The position numbers were made by a program, and so were the translations under genes. A DNA stretch of 32,000 bases. Source: Pseudodesulfovibrio mercurii (GTDB taxonomy: Bacteria > Desulfobacterota > Desulfovibrionia > Desulfovibrionales > Desulfovibrionaceae). The stretch is taken from contig NC_016803.1 of NCBI RefSeq assembly GCF_000189295.2, positions 2,910,001-2,942,000 of the forward strand, read 5' to 3'. The notes beneath the pieces are model-generated. The model was not told the origin of the DNA. It saw nothing but the letters and a program-made list of their open reading frames with translations, and ran no database searches. Positions 8,038 through 14,581 of the stretch are shown here, in pieces; within the stretch, counting starts at the first letter, position 1, and the number at the start of each line of letters is the position of its first letter.

Positions 8038-10566
8038 CTAGTCCTCCGTGCCGTGGATCAGGGTGTAGAGCGCGCCCTTTCGATCCAGGAGCGCCCGGTA
8101 TTCGCCCTGTTCCACGATGCGGCCCGCCTTGAGGACCACCACCTTGTCGTAATAGGGCAGCATGTCCAGCCGGTGGATGACCGCCAGGACCGTGGACTTG
8201 CCCTTCCAGTTGTTGGTCAGGATGTTCTGCACCCGGGCCTGGGACTTGTTGTCCAGGGCGGCGGTGGCCTCGTCCAGGATGAGCACGGGCGGGGCCTTGA
8301 GGAAGGTCCGGGCCAGGGCCACCTTCTGGCGCTGGCCGCCGGACAGCCGGTCGCCCATGGAGCCCACCTGGAAATTCAACCCCATCTCCACCACCGGCTC
8401 CAGGGCCCCCTGCATGATCAGGGCCTGCATGATCCGGTGGTTGATCTCCTCCTCGGCCCCCTGGGCGTCGGTGCGCACGCGGCCGAACAGGATGTTGTCC
8501 TGGATGTTCAGGGCGTCGATGTATTTGTCTTGGGCGAAGAAGGTGAACGCGCCGGGGTAGCGCTCCGTGGCCAGGTCCATGAAGTCCCGGCGGGAGTGGA
8601 CCACGCGGTTGGCGAACCCCTTGTCCAGGACCACCTGCTTGTGGATGCCCGGCGTGTAGCCCATGGCCAGCTTGAGGATCAGCGCCTTTTCCTGCTCGGA
8701 CAGCGGTTCGCCCGAATCCAGCCGGTTGGCCACCTTCTGGTAGTCGCCGTACTCGGCCTCGGTAATGGGGCTGCCCGCGAAGTCCTCGTGGGAGGGCTCC
8801 GGGCCGAGCTCGTCCGTGACCACCCTGGCCAGGGTCTCGCCGAGGACCGTCAGGTGGGCCATCAGCCCGTGGTCGTCGAGAAACTTCAGAAATTCCGGAT
8901 GGGCGTGCAGGTGCTCCTGGTCGAAGGGCTCGGCGTTGGACGCGCCGAAGGCGATGTTCTCGGCCACGGTCATGTAGCGCGAGTAGGAGTCCGTGTCGAA
9001 GAACTCGATGTGCTCGGCCACGTCCGCGTACATGCCCGCCTCACCCTCCTGGAACTCCTTGCGCGAGGCCAGGATGGCCTCCTTGAGGGCCGCGTTGTCC
9101 GCTTCGGGGTCCAGGCGGGAGCGCAGGGCGAAGGCCAGGACGTCGGTGAACAGCCCCACCTGCTGGGTGATCTTGATCAGGTCGTCCAGGCTGGGCTCGT
9201 CGCCGCCCGGACAGTGCCCGCCCTGCATGGCCAGGGAGCGGCAGGAGTAGAGCAGGTTCTCCTTGACCGTGCCGTCGAAGATGAACGGGTGCTGGGCGAC
9301 CATGCCGAGGTTGTAGGAGATGTCCTGCTTGGTCAGCTCCGAGACCTCGCGCCCGCCGAGCAGGACCGAGCCGCTGGTGTACTTGTAGAGCAGGGCCACG
9401 CACAGGGCCAGGGTGGACTTGCCCGAGCCCGAGAAGCCGACCAGGGCCACGTGTTCGCCGCCCTTGACCTTGAGGGAGACGTTGTCCAGCAGCCGGACGT
9501 TGCCGCCGACCACGAAGGACAGATTGCGGATCTCCACGTCGTTGTCCAGAAGGTAGGGGGCGCGTCCCTCGGTGACCTGCTTGAACTCCGGCGCGTGGTC
9601 GAAGGCGCGCATGATCTGCTGGTAGCGCACCGAACTGTCCTGGTAGACCTGCCAGAACTCCATCAGCTCCTTCCACGGGTCGTAGAGCTTCTCGTAGGCC
9701 GACAGGAAGGCCACGATGGCGCCCACGTCGAAGCGGCCCTGGATGGCGTACCAGCCGCCGATGAGGAAGAGCACGAACGGGCCCAGGCTCATGAAGAAAT
9801 TGTTCACGAACTTGATGGCGAACTTGATCCCGTTCTGCAGTACGGTGGCCTTGTAGAGCTTGTTCAGGACCTTGCTGAAGCGCTGCTTTTCCAGTGGGAT
9901 GGAGGCGTTGGAGTGGACCTCGTGCACCCCGGAGACGGCCTCGCCCACCAGGCCGGACAGGGCCTGGGTGTGCTTGATTCGGCGGCGGTTGGCCCGGCGG
10001 AAGTATTTCTGGACGCGCGGCAGGACGAAGAGCTCCACCGGGTAGATGGAGATGGAGATCAACCCGATGGTCGGGTTGAGGTTGATCATGTATGCGGCCA
10101 TGGCCAGGAAGGTCAGGATGTTCACCGCGGGCACGGCAACGGCCTGGCCGATGAAGGTGGCCACCGGGATGAACTCGGTGATCAGGTAGGAGATGACGTT
10201 GCCGGGCGAGGTGCGGCGGTAGAACTGCACTGGCAGGGACAGGAGGTGTTCGTAGAGCCGCTCGCGGATGGTCTTCAGGGCGCGCTCGCCGATCTGGACC
10301 TGCATCAGGTTGATGGCGAACTTGAGGATCGCGGCCAGGGTCACGGACCCGATGTACAGGGCGCAGTACCGCCACAGGGCCGAGACGTCCTTCATGCCGA
10401 TGGCCTGGTTGATGATCCGTTTCTGCATTTCCAGCGGGACCACGCGCATGGCCACGGTGACCACGATGATGCCCACCACGGCCAGTTGGAGCGGGACGCT
10501 CTTGTACAGGACCCAGGAATACAGGGAGGTTTTGGTGATTCGTTTCTGGTCGTTGGGGTGCGGCAT
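8038..10566 (-). CDS. ABC exporter (fused TMD-NBD half-transporter) with a greatly expanded nucleotide-binding domain
   Basis: Track ORF is 8038..10686. I prefer ATG 10566 (MPHPNDQKRITKTSLYSWVLYKS...), just before TM1; ATG 10632 is an alternative. Walker A GFSGSGKST, Q-loop MVAQHP, signature LSGGQRQK, Walker B VLILDEAT, H-loop AVIHRL. The Q-loop to signature distance is 316 aa, versus about 55-65 aa in typical NBDs. Confidence 0.85.
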   Translation of the reverse strand: MPHPNDQKRITKTSLYSWVLYKSVPLQLAVVGIIVVTVAMRVVPLEMQKRIINQAIGMKDVSALWRYCALYIGSVTLAAILKFAINLMQVQIGERALKTIRERLYEHLLSLPVQFYRRTSPGNVISYLITEFIPVATFIGQAVAVPAVNILTFLAMAAYMINLNPTIGLISISIYPVELFVLPRVQKYFRRANRRRIKHTQALSGLVGEAVSGVHEVHSNASIPLEKQRFSKVLNKLYKATVLQNGIKFAIKFVNNFFMSLGPFVLFLIGGWYAIQGRFDVGAIVAFLSAYEKLYDPWKELMEFWQVYQDSSVRYQQIMRAFDHAPEFKQVTEGRAPYLLDNDVEIRNLSFVVGGNVRLLDNVSLKVKGGEHVALVGFSGSGKSTLALCVALLYKYTSGSVLLGGREVSELTKQDISYNLGMVAQHPFIFDGTVKENLLYSCRSLAMQGGHCPGGDEPSLDDLIKITQQVGLFTDVLAFALRSRLDPEADNAALKEAILASRKEFQEGEAGMYADVAEHIEFFDTDSYSRYMTVAENIAFGASNAEPFDQEHLHAHPEFLKFLDDHGLMAHLTVLGETLARVVTDELGPEPSHEDFAGSPITEAEYGDYQKVANRLDSGEPLSEQEKALILKLAMGYTPGIHKQVVLDKGFANRVVHSRRDFMDLATERYPGAFTFFAQDKYIDALNIQDNILFGRVRTDAQGAEEEINHRIMQALIMQGALEPVVEMGLNFQVGSMGDRLSGGQRQKVALARTFLKAPPVLILDEATAALDNKSQARVQNILTNNWKGKSTVLAVIHRLDMLPYYDKVVVLKAGRIVEQGEYRALLDRKGALYTLIHGTED

Positions 10567-10729
10567 AAGCCATCCATTTTTCGGGTTCGGGACAGTTCGG
10601 GTATAAACGGTCCGGACTGGTTTTCCAAGCATTATAATGGAAATGGGGTGCGGGGCGGTGGACATTTGCCCCCCATCTGTGGTCAAACGTCATGTACGGC
10701 GCCGCGGCGGCAGGGCGTCCGGAAAACGT

Positions 10730-13324
10730 ATGAAGATATCCATCCGAGTCAAATTCTTCGTGGTCCTCCTGGCCTTCAGCCTGGGGCCCATCTTCGTCTC
10801 GCGCGGACTCATGAGCCGGGCCTCCAACAACGTCATCAAGGAGACCGGGGACCAGACCCGGCGCGAGCTGCTCGGCATCGTGTCCGACGAGTTCCGGTAT
10901 ACGGCCTCCTCCCTGCTCGATCTGCTCGAGCGCGGCTCCGAGGTCATGCGCCTGGCCACCCTGGGCGTGGCCCGCGTGGTGGACGGCGTCCTGGCCCTGC
11001 CTTCGCCAGAGGACGGGCCGGAGCCCTTCCTGGCCAACGACTTCGGCGATCCGGATCTGACCCCGCCCGACGCGGCCCGGCGTCAGGGGTACAGCCGCCG
11101 GACCATGGGCAACCGCCAGCAGCTGATCCAGGTCAGCTTCGACCATCCGACATTCCACCTGCCGCACATGCTCGACGAGCGGGCCGTGGAGCCCGAGATG
11201 CACCGCCTGCTCCTGGCCATGCCCGAGATCCGGGCCATCTTCCGAAACCTGCCCCAGGCCCCGTTCTGGATCAACGTGGCCATGGAGTCGGGCGTGATGA
11301 TGACCTATCCCGGCCACGGCAGGCTGCCCGCCATGTACGACGCCAGGACCCAGGACTGGTACGTCAAGGTCCGGGAGGCGAACGCCTTCCAGTGGTTCCA
11401 CAGCGTGGACCCGGCCACCCGGTACGTGGTCAACAAGGTGGTCTACCCCCTGCGCGACGCGTCCGGGCGCTTTCTCGGGGCCGTGTCCATCGACATCCCG
11501 ACCCACTCCATGATGGCGGACGAACAGCTCGAGGCCCGCTGGGGCGGCGAGGTGCGCACCTTCCTGGTGGAGCGCATCCCCGAGGGAAGCCCCACGGAAA
11601 AGGGGCTGCCCATCCTGGTCCAGCGGGAGCCCAACGAGCAGGGCCGTCACCACTGGATGAGCGCCGTGGAGCAGGAGTGGCTGACCTTCGACGAGCCCGT
11701 GGGCTACGAGGTCCTGCTCCACGCCATGGACACTCGCGACTCCGGCGTGGTGGACGTCTCCTACGAGGGCGAGCCGTCCCTGTGCGCCTTCGCCTCCACC
11801 GAGGTTGTCTCGCTGCTGGTCATCGCGCCCAAGACCGTGGCGGCCAAACTGCCCGACGAGGTGGCGGCCTCCCTCCAGAGCCTCTTCGCCGAGGTGCGCG
11901 CCATGTCCTCGGTGGTCTCCGGGGCCATGCTGATCATCACCGGGCTCATCGCCTGGTTCGGTTCGCGGGCCATCACCAAGCCCATCTACGCCATCGTCGA
12001 GGTGGCCAGGAAGCTGACCCGGGGCGACTTCGGCGCGCGCATCGAGCACCACACCGGGGACGAACGCGACGACCTGATCAATTCCATCAACGAAATGGGC
12101 CCGCAGCTCAAGGAGCTCATGCACCTCAACCGGGTCATGGAGGTGGCCCAGGAGGTCCAGCGGCTGCTCCTGCCCGGCGCGGAGCCCGAACTGGCCGGGT
12201 ACGACATCTCGGGCGGCATCCTCTACTGCGACAAGACCGGCGGCGACTACTACGACTTTCTCAAGGTCTGCCCGGCCGACCACGCCCCCTGCCTGGCCGT
12301 GGTCATCGGCGACGTGTCCGGCCACGGCGTGCCGTCGGCCCTGGTCATGGCCACGGCCAGGGGCCAGCTGCACACCCTGTCCGACATCGAGATGGCCCCG
12401 CACGAGCGCGTGGGGACCATCAACCGGGTGCTCAGCCGCGACCTGGACGGCACCGGACGGTTCCTGACCCTGTTCTATCTCCAGCTCACGGCGGACTCGA
12501 ACCAGGTGCAGTGGGTCCGGGCCGGGCACGATCCGGCCATCCGCTACAATCCGGCCACGGACGTCTTCGGCGAGCTGCACGGCGAGGGCATCCCGCTCGG
12601 CGTCATCGAGAACTACGCCTACGCGACCAGCGGGACCACCCTCGAAGGGGGCGAGGTCCTGGTCATGGCCACGGACGGGGTCTGGGAGGCCCGCAACGCG
12701 GACGGCGAGATGTTCGGCAAACAGAGAATGCTTGCCATCATCCGGGAGAGCGCCCATAAAAGTGCCGAGGGCATCCGCCTGGCCATGATGGCCGCGGTGG
12801 AGGCCTTTCAGGGCAACGGCCAGGAGGACGACATCGCCGTCGTCGTGGTCAAGAGGGAAGCGGACGGCAAGTCCATGGCGCGACATTCCATATCCTTCCG
12901 CATGACCAACAAGCAGAACTGCTTCAAGTGCTTCCAACCCAAGGTGGAGGCATTCGGCATCGAACACGGCCTGCACCCCAAGATCATTTTCCACCTGACC
13001 CTGGTCCTGGACGAGTTGATCACCAACATCATCTCCTACGGGTACGCCGACTTCGACGAGCATCCCATCGACGCGACCATCGTCCTGCAGGGCGAGGACC
13101 TGATCATACGGGTGGAGGACGACTCCGAGCCCTTCAACATCCTGGAGGCCCCGGAGCCCGAACTGGACGTGCCCCTGGAGGATCGCACCAAGCCCGTGGG
13201 CGGCCTGGGCATCCACCTGATCAAGAACATGGTGCACGGCATCCATTACAAGCGAGAAAACGGCAAGAACGTCCTGACCCTGCACAAGAACATCGGCAAG
13301 ACCCACTGCCCGGTGCAGGGCTAG
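10730..13324 (+). CDS. Membrane sensor: periplasmic Cache-like domain, HAMP, PP2C (SpoIIE/RsbU-type) phosphatase, RsbW/SpoIIAB-like HATPase kinase domain
   Basis: Track ORF is 10637..13324. The likely start is ATG 10730 (MKISIRVKFFVVLLAFSLGPIF, i.e. TM1). Second TM plus HAMP: MLIITGLIAWFGSRAITKPIYAIVEVARKLTRGDFGARI. PP2C blocks: GGDYYDF, VVIGDVSGHGVPSAL, VRAGHDP, VMATDGVWEA. C-terminal N-box LDELITNIISYG and G2-like GGLGIHLIKNMV. Confidence 0.85.
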   Translation: MKISIRVKFFVVLLAFSLGPIFVSRGLMSRASNNVIKETGDQTRRELLGIVSDEFRYTASSLLDLLERGSEVMRLATLGVARVVDGVLALPSPEDGPEPFLANDFGDPDLTPPDAARRQGYSRRTMGNRQQLIQVSFDHPTFHLPHMLDERAVEPEMHRLLLAMPEIRAIFRNLPQAPFWINVAMESGVMMTYPGHGRLPAMYDARTQDWYVKVREANAFQWFHSVDPATRYVVNKVVYPLRDASGRFLGAVSIDIPTHSMMADEQLEARWGGEVRTFLVERIPEGSPTEKGLPILVQREPNEQGRHHWMSAVEQEWLTFDEPVGYEVLLHAMDTRDSGVVDVSYEGEPSLCAFASTEVVSLLVIAPKTVAAKLPDEVAASLQSLFAEVRAMSSVVSGAMLIITGLIAWFGSRAITKPIYAIVEVARKLTRGDFGARIEHHTGDERDDLINSINEMGPQLKELMHLNRVMEVAQEVQRLLLPGAEPELAGYDISGGILYCDKTGGDYYDFLKVCPADHAPCLAVVIGDVSGHGVPSALVMATARGQLHTLSDIEMAPHERVGTINRVLSRDLDGTGRFLTLFYLQLTADSNQVQWVRAGHDPAIRYNPATDVFGELHGEGIPLGVIENYAYATSGTTLEGGEVLVMATDGVWEARNADGEMFGKQRMLAIIRESAHKSAEGIRLAMMAAVEAFQGNGQEDDIAVVVVKREADGKSMARHSISFRMTNKQNCFKCFQPKVEAFGIEHGLHPKIIFHLTLVLDELITNIISYGYADFDEHPIDATIVLQGEDLIIRVEDDSEPFNILEAPEPELDVPLEDRTKPVGGLGIHLIKNMVHGIHYKRENGKNVLTLHKNIGKTHCPVQG

Positions 13325-13343
13325 TCCCATACGGAGGGAGAGA

Positions 13344-13676
13344 ATGGCATTGAATCAGATCGAAGAGGGCGGGGTGGTCATCCTCGCCGTGGACGGCAAC
13401 CTCGACGGCGAGGGCACCCAGGCCCTGGAGGACAAGGTCCTGGCCCTGCTGGAAAACGGCACCACCAGGCTGTTGTTCGACTTCACCGGCCTGGACTACA
13501 TCAACAGCTCGGGATTGCGGGTCCTGGTCCTGGCCTACCAGCGGCTGAAGAAGAACTCCGGCACCGTGGCCATCTGCGGGGTCAAGGACTACATCCAGGA
13601 AGTGTTCGAGGTCTCGGGATACGACAAGATCTTTCCGCTTTACCCCACGCGGATCGATGCCTTGGGGGCGCTGTAG
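13344..13676 (+). CDS. STAS-domain anti-sigma-factor antagonist (RsbV/SpoIIAA type), 110 aa
   Basis: SD GGAGGGAG lies upstream. The phosphorylatable serine motif is DYINSSGLRVLV. The gene starts 19 nt after the sensor gene. Confidence 0.9.
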   Translation: MALNQIEEGGVVILAVDGNLDGEGTQALEDKVLALLENGTTRLLFDFTGLDYINSSGLRVLVLAYQRLKKNSGTVAICGVKDYIQEVFEVSGYDKIFPLYPTRIDALGAL

Positions 13677-13886
13677 GCGCCCCCTCCTCGTGGGCCGGGC
13701 GTGAGCCGTCTTGCGGATCGGGCCCGTGTTCCGGGCGCCTGCGGCTCCGCGCTGGACCGCGCCCGCGGCACGAGGCGCTGGGGAAGAGCCGCGCCCCTTG
13801 CCTTCGAGCCGGGTGCGGGGTTGCGCCCGCGCATCGCTTCGGGGCCTCCCGGCGGCCTTCTCCATGCTTGCGGAGACGGCAACCCG

Positions 13887-14348
13887 CTAAATCGTATGAA
13901 TGACATGCAACACGACCCCCCAGATCAGGAAGTCCGTCTCCTCGGATAGCAAAATCGCCACATACTCGGGATTCTCCGGGGCCAGCTCCAGGCCGAGCGG
14001 GGACTTCCTCAGCCGCTTGACCGTGAATTCCCCCTCCACCAGGGCGATGACCACGTTGCCGGGCCTCGGGTCCAGGGAGCGGTCCACCACCAGCAGGTCG
14101 CCGTGGTGGATTCCCGCCCCGATCATGGAATCCCCGGACACGCGCACGAAATAGGTCGCCTCGGGCCGCGTCACCAGGTGCTCGTTCAGGTCCAGCCGCT
14201 TCTCCAGATACTCCTCGGCGGGCGACGGAAACCCCGCCGGGACCGACTCCCCGGCCAGGGGCACGGCCAGCCGCGTCCCGAAACAGGGCCGGCATATGGC
14301 CCACGCCCGGCCGTCCGCGCCCACCGCGCCGTGCAGACAAAAAGCCAT
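13887..14348 (-). CDS. UmuD-like S24 self-cleaving peptidase (153 aa), without a LexA-type HTH domain
   Basis: Ala-Gly cleavage site followed by FPSP (VPAGFPSPAEEY), catalytic Ser in RVSGDSM, catalytic Lys in FTVKRL. ATG 14348 is preceded by GAGGTG with a 6-nt spacer. The track's GTG at 14357 lies inside that SD. Confidence 0.85.
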   Translation of the reverse strand: MAFCLHGAVGADGRAWAICRPCFGTRLAVPLAGESVPAGFPSPAEEYLEKRLDLNEHLVTRPEATYFVRVSGDSMIGAGIHHGDLLVVDRSLDPRPGNVVIALVEGEFTVKRLRKSPLGLELAPENPEYVAILLSEETDFLIWGVVLHVIHTI

Positions 14349-14362
14349 CGGGAACACCTCGT

Positions 14363-14376
14363 TGTCAATTTTGATA
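14363..14376. promoter_or_regulatory. Operator-like imperfect palindrome, TGTCAA-TT-TTGATA
   Basis: This is copy A of a 24-nt direct repeat (20/24 identical to 14403-14426). It covers the predicted transcription start region of the UmuD-like gene. Confidence 0.45.
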
Positions 14377-14380
14377 AAAC

Positions 14381-14409
14381 ATTTTCCGAGAAAATGGGGA
14401 AAATGTCAA
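14381..14409 (-). promoter_or_regulatory. Sigma-70-type promoter of the UmuD-like gene
   Basis: On the minus strand: TTGACA (14409-14404), a 17-nt spacer, then GAAAAT (14386-14381). This lies about 33 nt upstream of the ATG. Confidence 0.5.
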
Positions 14410-14417
14410 TCTTGACA
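14404..14417. promoter_or_regulatory. Operator-like perfect palindrome, TGTCAA-TC-TTGACA
   Basis: A perfect 6-2-6 palindrome, 41 bp from copy A. It overlaps the -35 hexamer of the UmuD-like promoter. Confidence 0.5.
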
Positions 14418-14581
14418 AAACAAATTGTGGTGCGGGCAGGGGGCGCTGGGGCGGGAAAAGCGTGGCGGGCCGGGGGTTGGCGGCTTGCAATTGTCGCCGA
14501 AATCATGCACGTTTTCTGGCGCTATACCACTACATGCGGTCCCTGGAAGGCCGATAGAATCGTTTCCACATCGGAGGAAAG

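Noticed and set aside
10567-10686. Upstream start codons offered by the track: 10686 and 10632 for the exporter, GTG 14357 for the UmuD-like gene, TTG 22446 for pfk, 3602 for the activator, 7973 for the AhpD-like gene, 22464 for htpX and 10637 for the sensor.
   Set aside because: In each case a downstream ATG has a better SD and/or coincides with the start of homology or the first TM or signal segment. The upstream extensions are low complexity or overlap promoter and SD elements.
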